Source: an uncultured Clostridia bacterium (lineage in GTDB: Bacteria > Bacillota > Clostridia > Christensenellales > CAG-314). From it: a stretch of 64,000 nt of DNA. Position 1 is the first letter of the stretch. Every line of letters begins with the position of its first letter. Position numbers and translations under genes: made by a program. The notes under the pieces were generated by a model. That model was not told the DNA's origin. It ran no database searches and saw only the letters and a list, made by a program, of their open reading frames with translations. Positions 44,601 through 52,411 of this stretch are shown piece by piece. The stretch covers positions 164,104-228,103 of the forward strand of contig CANOTO010000001.1 of NCBI GenBank assembly GCA_947570215.1, given 5' to 3'.

Positions 44601-46414
44601 TCTACCGCATTGTCGCCTTCGCCTATTATTACTATCGGCTGTTTGTCGTCGTTGCGAACGACGGCTTTGCCGTTTAGATATACCGCTCTACGGTCGGCGG
44701 CAGGGTCGTCGGGATTAGCCGCTTCGACCCGAGTCAACTTGGCTTTTCTGAGCACTCCTACGATACTTTTCTTTACTACTTTTCCGCTGCTATCGATTAC
44801 GTCTCGATTGAAGTTTTCCAAACGTATAATATGAATAACCTGCGGCGAAAGCAAAGCGGCAAAATCATTACCCTGAGTGGAATTGATAAACAGCGCGGCA
44901 AACTGTTCGTCGGATATTTCCGCGGCTTCGCCATTGTCTTCCGCTTCCTTTACTGAGTCGATAATATTTTGAAAGGCTACGGTATTAACGGAATCGGCAA
45001 ATACGCAGACGTTTACCGCTTCGGCTGCGTTGAAAATATTCCTGTCGCAAGCAGTTTCAGACGTTTTGTTGCAATCGTTTTCGTGCTTGTCTTGCGAGTG
45101 CAGCATATCCAAGCCTTTATATGTACGCTTTTCCGTCCCCGTAACAACGCCGTCCGCGCGAACGAACACGTCTATTGTCGCGCCGTCTTGGAATAAAGTT
45201 GCGAATTGATTGTAGGTAATGTCCGCGCCGGTAAAGCTCTCGTCGTGCGAGTCTTCCATAGCTCTGCGGAATTCCACCGTCGTTTTCCAATTGCTTTCCA
45301 GCGTGCCGTCCTTTGCGCCGTCTTGAACGTATTTTGCCGTGTCGTAATCGATATTGCGCTGATTTGCCCATTGACGCAGCTGCACTTCGTCCATATTTTG
45401 GAACTGCTCGCTATTAACAATGGGTTTTATTGTGCGTTCCCACATAAGGTCAAGATCGGCGGCGCTATTTTCACGCACCAACGCCATAAGCGACTTTAAC
45501 GCGGACAGGTTATTCTGCAAATCGTTAAGCTCGGCATAATTTTTACCGTCGATTTCGTCTATTAAGTCCTTAGCGTCCACTGTTTTCTTGACATAATCTT
45601 CAAATTCGTTAAGCGTGCAGGTTGCATAGGATCTTACCGCCGTTTGCAGCGAAGCGAGCGACGACAATATATTCGCGCCCAATTCCATAGTAACAGGCAG
45701 CTGCATTACCTGCAAAACGCTTGTTGCGTCCGAAGCGTTGCGAATGGAAACGACTGAGCCGTCCTGCATTATTGTGCCCAAGGGTAAATCCAACTGTTCG
45801 GCGGACAACGCCTGAACAAGAGCCAAAGCCGTTATATCCAAGCCTTGCAGCGCAGTAATCTTAATTTGCTTTTCCGGCGAGCCCATTACGTTTACTGAGC
45901 CTACGCCTTCAATTGCGCGTAACTTGACGGCAAGCGTTTGCGCTTCCCGCGCCAACAATTCTGCGTCGGGATTGTTCGCGTTCTGATAAATAGACACCGT
46001 CGCTGCCGCAGTGCCGTTCATATCCACCTTGACGAAGGACGGATCCTGACAGCCCTGAGGGAAAGATACCGTTTTGAAGGAGTCCTCGATTGCGTCGATT
46101 TTTTTGTCTATGTCCGTGCCGTAATCGAAGGTTATGATAGCTATTGACACATTATCGTAAGATTTAGTCTCCAATTCGGTAATGCCGGGGATAGTTTGCA
46201 GTGCGTTTTCCATAGGTGCGGTCACGGAATCTTCCACGCTTTGAGCGCCCGCGCCGGGGTATATTACCGTTATACCAATCATTGGCATTTTGATATTCGG
46301 CAGCAGATTAGTCGACATATCCATTGTCGCAAGTACGCCTACCGCTAACAATATAACCACCAGCACGCATATAGTTACCGGACGCTTGATTGTAGTTTTT
46401 ATAAGTGAGTTCAT
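41648..46414 (-). CDS. RND-superfamily efflux permease (AcrB/SwrC-like), unusually long
   Basis: 1,588 aa. N-terminal IKRPVTICVLVVILL...LPNIKMPMIGITVIYPGA. Two 6-TM bundles with GGLAVGIGMLVDNSIVVLE and GIIMLMGVIVNGAIVMID. Loop 1 is ~735 aa and loop 2 ~335 aa. Polybasic inter-half linker and acidic C-terminal tail. Confidence 0.85.
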   Translation of the reverse strand: MNSLIKTTIKRPVTICVLVVILLAVGVLATMDMSTNLLPNIKMPMIGITVIYPGAGAQSVEDSVTAPMENALQTIPGITELETKSYDNVSIAIITFDYGTDIDKKIDAIEDSFKTVSFPQGCQDPSFVKVDMNGTAAATVSIYQNANNPDAELLAREAQTLAVKLRAIEGVGSVNVMGSPEKQIKITALQGLDITALALVQALSAEQLDLPLGTIMQDGSVVSIRNASDATSVLQVMQLPVTMELGANILSSLASLQTAVRSYATCTLNEFEDYVKKTVDAKDLIDEIDGKNYAELNDLQNNLSALKSLMALVRENSAADLDLMWERTIKPIVNSEQFQNMDEVQLRQWANQRNIDYDTAKYVQDGAKDGTLESNWKTTVEFRRAMEDSHDESFTGADITYNQFATLFQDGATIDVFVRADGVVTGTEKRTYKGLDMLHSQDKHENDCNKTSETACDRNIFNAAEAVNVCVFADSVNTVAFQNIIDSVKEAEDNGEAAEISDEQFAALFINSTQGNDFAALLSPQVIHIIRLENFNRDVIDSSGKVVKKSIVGVLRKAKLTRVEAANPDDPAADRRAVYLNGKAVVRNDDKQPIVIIGEGDNAVEYRINNFGRVINGDKRLVGADGNVLTLSDDEIMTNYYSYGGYIVFADEELLDLYNELDLGDFDLGIMPTLDTIGFIRKTEIDDGATKIIVPAAYVGDIEQITTYQAYSQYNGKLAVTLEVYAVADANTTKVVTAVKKAIADVDVTSAVVLLDDKAEFINDSISNVLSSIIIGGVLAILVIYLFVGKIRSSLVVSITMPLSVLVALIGLWAMNISLNLVSLGGLAVGIGMLVDNSIVVLESITKRRDAGESVYDSCLNGTREVAGSLLASTLTNICVFFPILFAKGLTREIFYDLVWAVMFSILMSLVVSVTVIPSLYHLVYNRSPRPRYRKDKNGNKVLVGTFEDCEPRGTIEPLYDEASAMAEKSVANSGGASAAVVTAEITDGKRKKKRNKKQRKQRSADKAERKRGVLTRMENGYGNLLGKVLTKRVWVCVIALVLFAGSVGLVFTTGMDFIPSVDKGILEINLRFDGSATLDEVNEATKQAVSAVRAEYGDKILYTSYTVGKQGMLPINITGVARVHIDTKRLKTNQTVNEVRGLLADLNLAKNVSVSEIDGVVAELTGEMAGQAVTLMSDNMDDLIKAASEVEKQLWTIKGVQNVTNNTPNETKQYSFVFDKDKCARRGVDYQNAVLLLRVGMSGYDAANLSIDGNNQSVNVGFKNETKDNLNALLDVIVGFDNDGAVKICDVLKKRDNGELYEIDSVVTVVNRKDGKFVTTVDVESYGVDMGTVTKAMKNVAVKALESYPSVRYEEGGVSYYLTDAMNGLVISLIAAFLLLYGVMACQFESLIKPFVVIMSIPFSFTGGFLALVITGTTLNVVSFVGIIMLMGVIVNGAIVMIDKIELLTKQGVPAQQAVIQGCKSRLRPILMTTLTTILALVPLAIGIGRGSEFMQPMGIVVVGGLLLGTLVTLALIPCFYCIVKRIKFTSAVKASADGSDVSCESVSGSEAIAVNTADESANVSDEPTTVQAEDDQIADFDENVDE

Positions 46415-46488
46415 CTTTGCCCCTTAAATAATCCATAGAATGTCTAACACCGAAAAACAGGAACAGATATTACGGACTTTTCTTTTAT

Positions 46489-46517
46489 ATTATACACCAA
46501 CGCAGACTTTTTGACAA
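46489..46517 (-). promoter_or_regulatory. Sigma-A-type promoter upstream of the RND gene
   Basis: Minus strand: TTGTCA, 17 nt, TATAAT, about 75 nt before the ATG. Confidence 0.45.
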
Positions 46518-46648
46518 TGGTAACAGCTACACATAAAAGTGTGCAATTGTGGAAAAAATTTTATCAAAACTATTACTTCAAGCTTAATTCAAAATACAAA
46601 AACGAAATAAGACAAAATTCTAATTTATACGTATGGTAAAATCAAGCT

Positions 46649-46683
46649 AAAGCCCCCTACGGTACGAGTCCGCAGGGGGCTTT
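46649..46683 (-). terminator. Terminator hairpin after hsp20
   Basis: aaagccccct-N15-agggggcttt. Confidence 0.6.
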
Positions 46684-46705
46684 AACAAAATATATGGAGT
46701 GAGAA

Positions 46706-47107
46706 CTATTCGATTGCAATAGCGTGCTTGGTTTGCTCCGGCTTATCTTTGGGTACCGTCACTACAAGTACGCCGTTTTCGTACTTAGCCTTGATTTGAG
46801 TTTCGTCTACGTCGCCCATATAGTAACTGCGCGAACAGCTTACCGCGCGTTCACGGCGAATGTAACGAGATTTTTCTTCGCCCTGCTCCTTCTTGGCGGA
46901 AATGGTAATATATCCGCTTTCGAACTTCAAGCTGATGTCCTTCTTGTCAAAACCGGGCATTTCCACGTCCAAAACGTAGTCCTTGTCCGTTTCCTTGATG
47001 TCCGTCTTCATAAACGAGCTTTCCGAATCCACATAAAAGGGACGGAAAAAGCCGTCGAACGCTTCGTCGAATAAATCGTTGTTTCTGTGAGTAAGATAGT
47101 TTTTCAT
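46706..47107 (-). CDS. Hsp20/alpha-crystallin small heat-shock protein
   Basis: 133 aa. MKTDIKETDKDYVLDVEMPGFDKKDISL...YENGVLVVTVPK is the canonical ACD pattern. RBS AAGGAG. Confidence 0.9.
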   Translation of the reverse strand: MKNYLTHRNNDLFDEAFDGFFRPFYVDSESSFMKTDIKETDKDYVLDVEMPGFDKKDISLKFESGYITISAKKEQGEEKSRYIRRERAVSCSRSYYMGDVDETQIKAKYENGVLVVTVPKDKPEQTKHAIAIE

Positions 47108-47208
47108 ATTTGTAATCTCCTTTTGAGTTAATTATTATCAAGGGTAAGACGTTCTATACGCGCAACCGTAATTTTTATGCAATTTTTAGCAATCTTTTGC
47201 GTTATTTG

Positions 47209-47235
47209 TTAGCACTCTAACTCATTGATTGCTAA
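47209..47235. promoter_or_regulatory. CIRCE (HrcA operator) element
   Basis: TTAGCACTC-N9-GATTGCTAA versus the consensus TTAGCACTC-N9-GAGTGCTAA (1 mismatch). It lies immediately downstream of the -10 box. Confidence 0.7.
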
Positions 47236-47236
47236 C

Positions 47237-47264
47237 ATTATACCACATTATATGCATTTGTCAA
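47237..47264 (-). promoter_or_regulatory. Sigma-A-type promoter of hsp20
   Basis: Minus strand: TTGACA, 16 nt, TATAAT, with TG 2 nt upstream of the -10. Confidence 0.55.
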
Positions 47265-47723
47265 TATTTTTTGACCGTATTTTCATCGAAATTTTCAAAA
47301 AATTACCCTATAATCTTAAATAAACGGGGGAATATTATAAAGATGATATTGAAATGATATTTCATAATACTTGTTAGCCTCAAATGTCTTAATACAAAGT
47401 CCTTAAAATATAAAAATGACGTAACCCATAAAGAGTTACGCCGAAATAACGTTATCCTTCGATAATTACCGAAAAGAAACAAAATACAACAACAAATACA
47501 ACGTCGGCAATTACCGCTATCACACCGAACTGCCAATTTATCAATTTCGTATACAGCCTTAGCGGAGTAAATACCGCAAAAACACACGCAGCATACTACA
47601 AGCAACATAGCTAAACCCATCAGTCAATCATAGCCGCTGTTGTCTCCGTCCATAAGCGCGAGAAAACAATGGATAATATAAGATATGAATTCCATTTAGT
47701 TTTCTAAATGAAACGTTGCGCAG

Positions 47724-48818
47724 TTAAAACGCTTTGCTTAGGTAATCTTCGATAAAGGGTTGAATATTGCCGTCCATAACTTCCGCAATATTTGCGTTTT
47801 CATAATTGGTACGGTGGTCTTTTACAAGAGTATACGGACAGAAAACGTAGCTGCGTATCTGACTGCCCCACTCAATTTTTTTCACTTCGCCCTTTATTGC
47901 CGCCGCTTCTTCCATTTGCTCGCGTTCCTTAATTTCCGCAAGCTTACTTTTAAGCATTGCCATGGCTTGATCGCGGTTCTGCATTTGACTGCGCTGCGTT
48001 TGACAGGATACCACCACTCCCGTAGGAACGTGCGTTATGCGTATTGCGGACTCCGTCTTATTTATGTGCTGTCCGCCCGCGCCGCTGCTGCGGTAGGTAT
48101 CTATTTTCAAGTCCTTGTCATCTATAACTATATCGTTATCGGCGGGCAGCTCCGGCATTACTTCGAGCGACGCAAAGCTGGTGTGTCTGCGCTTAGCCGA
48201 GTCGAAGGGGGAAATACGTACCAAACGGTGAACACCCTTTTCCGCCTTCAAATATCCGTAAGCATTGGCTCCGTTTACCTGAAAGGTAACGGACTTAATT
48301 CCCGCTTCTTCGCCGTCGAGGAAGTCCAAAACTTCGAGCTTATATCCGCGGCGTTCGCAATAACGCGTATACATACGGTACAGCATTTGCACCCAGTCCT
48401 GCGCTTCCGTACCGCCAGCGCCCGCATGCAGAGTTAAAATAGCGTTGCTTGCATCGTACTTACCCGAAAGGAGCGTGGATATATGCAGCGCATTTACATC
48501 CGTCGTTATGCGAGCAAGCTCCGAAGCCGTTTCGGCGAGCATAGCGTCGTCGCCGTCGCACAAGTCCAACAAATCGGTAACGTCCGCAAGGCTTTTACTC
48601 AATCTATTGTAAAGCGATATTTTGTCTTCTATATTCTTGGCTCGTTGACTGACCCGCTGCGCGTTTTTTACGTCGTTCCAAAAGTCTGACTTGTGCTGTT
48701 CGGCATTAAGCGCCGCAAGCTCTTGTTCAAGCTTGGGGATATTAAGACTTTCGCCTACGCCGCTAAGCTTCGACGTCAAATCCTTGATATTCTGTTTTAA
48801 TTCGTCTACTTGAATCAT
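47724..48818 (-). CDS. prfB: Peptide chain release factor 2, uninterrupted frame
   Basis: 364 aa. SPF tripeptide (RISPFDS) and GGQ (SGAGGQHINKTES). The ATG overlaps the secA stop (ATGA). Confidence 0.95.
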   Translation of the reverse strand: MIQVDELKQNIKDLTSKLSGVGESLNIPKLEQELAALNAEQHKSDFWNDVKNAQRVSQRAKNIEDKISLYNRLSKSLADVTDLLDLCDGDDAMLAETASELARITTDVNALHISTLLSGKYDASNAILTLHAGAGGTEAQDWVQMLYRMYTRYCERRGYKLEVLDFLDGEEAGIKSVTFQVNGANAYGYLKAEKGVHRLVRISPFDSAKRRHTSFASLEVMPELPADNDIVIDDKDLKIDTYRSSGAGGQHINKTESAIRITHVPTGVVVSCQTQRSQMQNRDQAMAMLKSKLAEIKEREQMEEAAAIKGEVKKIEWGSQIRSYVFCPYTLVKDHRTNYENANIAEVMDGNIQPFIEDYLSKAF

Positions 48819-51613
48819 TTTTTGCTCTTATTCTCTTTGCGCTGCTGACGTTTGAGCGCGTATTCTTCCTGCTTGGTAAGCGGTCTGTTAGCATTCTGCG
48901 CGACGTCGCCCGGCTCGTCCGATTGATTCTTCGCCGCATCCTTGGCATAGCAACAGTTTTTGTACTTTTTACCGCTTCCGCATGGACAGGGACCGTTAAG
49001 CTTCTTTTCCGCGTTTATAACTCCCTGCTTGGGCGAGTCGGAACGTAAAGCCTGCACAATCTTGGCAAAAGTCAGCATACGTATAGTTTGAACCTTTATA
49101 TTCTCGTTAAGCTTTTCAAACATATCGAAGGCTTCCTTCTTATACACCACCAACGGGTCGTGCTGTCCTATTGCTTGAAGTCCCACGCCTTGACGGAGAT
49201 CGTCCAGCGCGTCAAGATGATCCATCCACAGATTGTCTATCGTGCGCAACAGCACAAACCGCTCCGCTTCGCGGAATGGCACGACGTTGCCGCCTTCGTC
49301 CTCGTCCAAACGTTCGTTAAGGTATTCGCGGCATCTCTCAGCAAGATTGTCGCAAACGTCGCGCGCGCTCGTTACGTCTTCCGCTTCCAGTATAGGCTGC
49401 TCGAACGCGAAATACTTGGCAAGATTGGCGTTTACTTTGTCCAAATTCCATTTAGACACGTCCACTTGGCTGTCGCAAGCGTCGGCAAGCGCAAGACGGG
49501 CGTATTCGTCCGTCATTTGCAGGATATCCGAGTGAACGTCGTCGTTATCCAAAATGCGGTTGCGTTCCTTATATATAACTTTGCGCTGCCGATTGTTTAC
49601 GTCGTCGTACTGCAATACGTGCTTACGCGACGAAAAATGCAAGCCTTCAATACGCTTTTGCGCGGATTCGATAGTCTTGGACATAAGCCTCAATTCAATG
49701 GGCGTGTCCTCGTCCATACGCGCAAACGCCATTATACGCTGCATCATATCTCCGCCGAAAATACGCATCATATCGTCTTCCGTCGAAATATAGAACACGC
49801 TCATTCCCGGGTCGCCCTGACGTCCCGCGCGCCCGCGTAGCTGGTCGTCTATACGGCGGGAATCGTGGCGTTCGGTGCCGATTACGCACAAACCGCCCGT
49901 TTTTATTACGCGCTGCTTTTCTTCGTCCGTCTGCTCTTTGTATTTGGCCACCAGTTCGCGGTAAATTTGCCGCAAACGCTCCGTTTCGTCGTCGCCTTTA
50001 ACAAAGCTTGTTGATATATCGATTTGCGCTTCGTCGTAGCCGAGACGTTTCATTTCCTGCTTGGCAAGAAACTCGGGGTTGCCGCCGAGCAAAATATCCG
50101 TTCCGCGCCCCGCCATATTGGTTGCAATGGTTACCGCTCCGTAACGTCCCGCCTGAGCAACAATTTCCGCTTCGCGCTTGTGGAACTTGGCGTTTAACAC
50201 GTTATGCTTGATATTTTCCGCCGTAAGCAGTCGTGAAAGCTCTTCGCTCTTTTCTACCGTCACAGTACCAACCAAAATGGGCTGACCGAAAGCGTTGCGT
50301 TCCTTTATTTCCTTGACTATTGCTTTAAGCTTGCCTTGACGGGTAGAATAAACTACGTCGTGACGGTCTTCGCGGATCATAGGCAGATTCGTGGGAATCG
50401 CTACGACGTCGATATTGTATATCGTATTAAATTCCTGTTCTTCCGTCTTAGCCGTTCCCGTCATGCCGCTGAGCTTGTGATACAAACGGAAATAATTTTG
50501 GAAAGTAATCGTAGCAAGAGTTTTATTTTCTTCCTTTATGGTGACGTGCTCCTTGGCTTCTATCGCCTGATGCAGCCCGCCGTTAAAACGCCGTCCTTCC
50601 ATTTTACGACCAGTAAACGAGTCGACGATGACTACTTCTCCCTTTTCCACAATGTAGTCGTCGTCGCGGCGCATAATGGCGTGCGCGCGCAACGCATTGT
50701 TAATATAGCTGTTGAGCTCGGCATTCTCGGGAGAGGACAAATTGTCTAACTTAAAGAAGCGTTCAGCCTTGACAATGCCCCTGTCCGTCAAACGAACTTG
50801 CTTTTGCTTGCGGTCTACTACGTAGTCGCCGTTAGGTTCTTCGTCACCTTCCGTTTTGCCTTCTTCGTCGGTATTGGTCGATCCGATAAGCGTACAGGCA
50901 AAGCGGTTTGCGGTATTGTACATTTCGCTGGACTTGCCGCTGGGACCGGATATAATAAGCGGCGTACGCGCTTCGTCGATTAGTATGCTGTCTACTTCGT
51001 CGATTATTACGAAATTAAGTCCGCGCTGGACGCAGTTGACTCGGCTTGTGGACATATTATCGCGCAAATAGTCGAAGCCGAATTCGTTATTTGTACCGTA
51101 GGTTATGTCGCATTCGTACGCTCTGCGCTTTTCGCGGGCTGTCATCTTGGACAGCGTTACGCCCACCGTCAAGCCCAAAAAGCGGAAAATTTTGCCCATC
51201 CACTCCATATCGCGAACGGCAAGATATTCGTTGACTGTTATGATATGCACGCCGCTGCCCGTCAAAGCGTTAAGATACGCCGGCAACGTCTCGGTAAGCG
51301 TCTTACCCTCGCCTGTTGCCATCTGACAAATACGCCCCTGATGAAGCGCAATCCCGCCCAGTATCTGAACGTGAAAATGACGTTGCTTCAAAACGCGCTT
51401 ACTCGCTTCGCGGCATACTGCGAAGGCATCGGGAAGCAGCTGCTCGAGAGTTTCTCCCGCGGAATACCTGTCTTTTAATATTTGCGTCTGCCCTATCAAT
51501 TGCTCGTCCGACATATCGACGTACATACTTTCCTTCGCCTCGACGAGTTTGGCGATTTTTTCCAGTTTTTTTACCTGTCTGGCGTTAGACGCGCCGTAGG
51601 GATCTCTGCCCAT
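48815..51613 (-). CDS. secA: Preprotein translocase ATPase SecA
   Basis: 932 aa. MATGEGKTL, DEVDSILIDEARTPLIISG and a C-terminal zinc motif CPCGSGKKYKNCC followed by a basic tail. Confidence 0.95.
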   Translation of the reverse strand: MGRDPYGASNARQVKKLEKIAKLVEAKESMYVDMSDEQLIGQTQILKDRYSAGETLEQLLPDAFAVCREASKRVLKQRHFHVQILGGIALHQGRICQMATGEGKTLTETLPAYLNALTGSGVHIITVNEYLAVRDMEWMGKIFRFLGLTVGVTLSKMTAREKRRAYECDITYGTNNEFGFDYLRDNMSTSRVNCVQRGLNFVIIDEVDSILIDEARTPLIISGPSGKSSEMYNTANRFACTLIGSTNTDEEGKTEGDEEPNGDYVVDRKQKQVRLTDRGIVKAERFFKLDNLSSPENAELNSYINNALRAHAIMRRDDDYIVEKGEVVIVDSFTGRKMEGRRFNGGLHQAIEAKEHVTIKEENKTLATITFQNYFRLYHKLSGMTGTAKTEEQEFNTIYNIDVVAIPTNLPMIREDRHDVVYSTRQGKLKAIVKEIKERNAFGQPILVGTVTVEKSEELSRLLTAENIKHNVLNAKFHKREAEIVAQAGRYGAVTIATNMAGRGTDILLGGNPEFLAKQEMKRLGYDEAQIDISTSFVKGDDETERLRQIYRELVAKYKEQTDEEKQRVIKTGGLCVIGTERHDSRRIDDQLRGRAGRQGDPGMSVFYISTEDDMMRIFGGDMMQRIMAFARMDEDTPIELRLMSKTIESAQKRIEGLHFSSRKHVLQYDDVNNRQRKVIYKERNRILDNDDVHSDILQMTDEYARLALADACDSQVDVSKWNLDKVNANLAKYFAFEQPILEAEDVTSARDVCDNLAERCREYLNERLDEDEGGNVVPFREAERFVLLRTIDNLWMDHLDALDDLRQGVGLQAIGQHDPLVVYKKEAFDMFEKLNENIKVQTIRMLTFAKIVQALRSDSPKQGVINAEKKLNGPCPCGSGKKYKNCCYAKDAAKNQSDEPGDVAQNANRPLTKQEEYALKRQQRKENKSKK

Positions 51614-51649
51614 TTTTATTCTCCTGTTATCGAGTTAATTGTGATTGAT

Positions 51650-52411
51650 TTATTGTTCGTACGAAAACGTTTCCTTTCGGGCGGACACCGCAAGGCAAAC
51701 TACGCTTGTTGCTCCCGCGCGTTTAAGCACCTTGGCGCATTCGTTTAGAGTAGCTCCCGTCGTCTTGACATCGTCTATTACCAAGACGCGCTTGTCCTTG
51801 ACGTTTACTTGCGGTTTTAACCTGTACGCCCCGATAAGATTAGACTTGCGGTCATGCTTATTAAGCTGTTCCTGCCGTTCCGTTTCTTTTATTTTTTCCA
51901 ACGCGTCGCATAAACAGTCGCTTTCGTCCAGTATATCACAAAAATAGCGCGCAAGCAACTGCGATTGATTATAAAAACGCAGTTTACGCGACCTGACGCT
52001 CATAGGCGGATAGCAAACTATGTCGAATTGCAGATTTTCTTTTTTTGCGAGAAAAACCAAATACCGAGCGAAAATTTTTGCGTATCTGCCCTTGTTGTTA
52101 AACTTCATTTGCAGTATCGCGCGCTGAATTACGCCTTCGTAGCTAAACACGGCATAAGCGCGATCGAAATAAATCTTGTCGAAAGCACAGTTGCCGCAAT
52201 AGTCTTCGCCGCCGTCCAAACCGACCCCGCAGCGTTTACAGGTTTTGCCGTTATTGAAAACCGCTTCCCGAATACACTTAGCGCAAAAGCCCGTCTGATC
52301 GAATATTTCCCGACCGCAATTGATACAGCAAAAGTCGCTCGGAGCAAACAATTCGGACAAGGCTTCCTTGAATTTATTGAATATCTTCTTCCGTTGTTTT
52401 AGCATTTTCAC
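51650..52411 (-). CDS. comFC: ComF-family protein (ComFC, zinc-finger + phosphoribosyltransferase fold)
   Basis: 253 aa. CxxC pairs (CINCG...CAKC...CKRCG...CGNC) and PRTase loop VLVIDDVKTTGATL. Confidence 0.85.
   Translation of the reverse strand: MKMLKQRKKIFNKFKEALSELFAPSDFCCINCGREIFDQTGFCAKCIREAVFNNGKTCKRCGVGLDGGEDYCGNCAFDKIYFDRAYAVFSYEGVIQRAILQMKFNNKGRYAKIFARYLVFLAKKENLQFDIVCYPPMSVRSRKLRFYNQSQLLARYFCDILDESDCLCDALEKIKETERQEQLNKHDRKSNLIGAYRLKPQVNVKDKRVLVIDDVKTTGATLNECAKVLKRAGATSVVCLAVSARKETFSYEQ

Noticed and set aside
47303-47620. 105-aa Cys-rich ORF as a possible cysteine-rich peptide or bacteriocin precursor
   Set aside because: It has no RBS, a homopolymer-like Cys/Phe/Ile composition from AT-rich DNA, and it runs through a terminator-like hairpin. 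It is kept only as part of a low-interest note on the gap.
48740-48818. Programmed +1 frameshift in prfB
   Set aside because: The RF2 frame is continuous from the ATG, and no in-frame UGA occurs in the first 30 codons.
49088-49840. 250-aa plus-strand ORF inside secA
   Set aside because: It is antisense to secA and is a shadow ORF.
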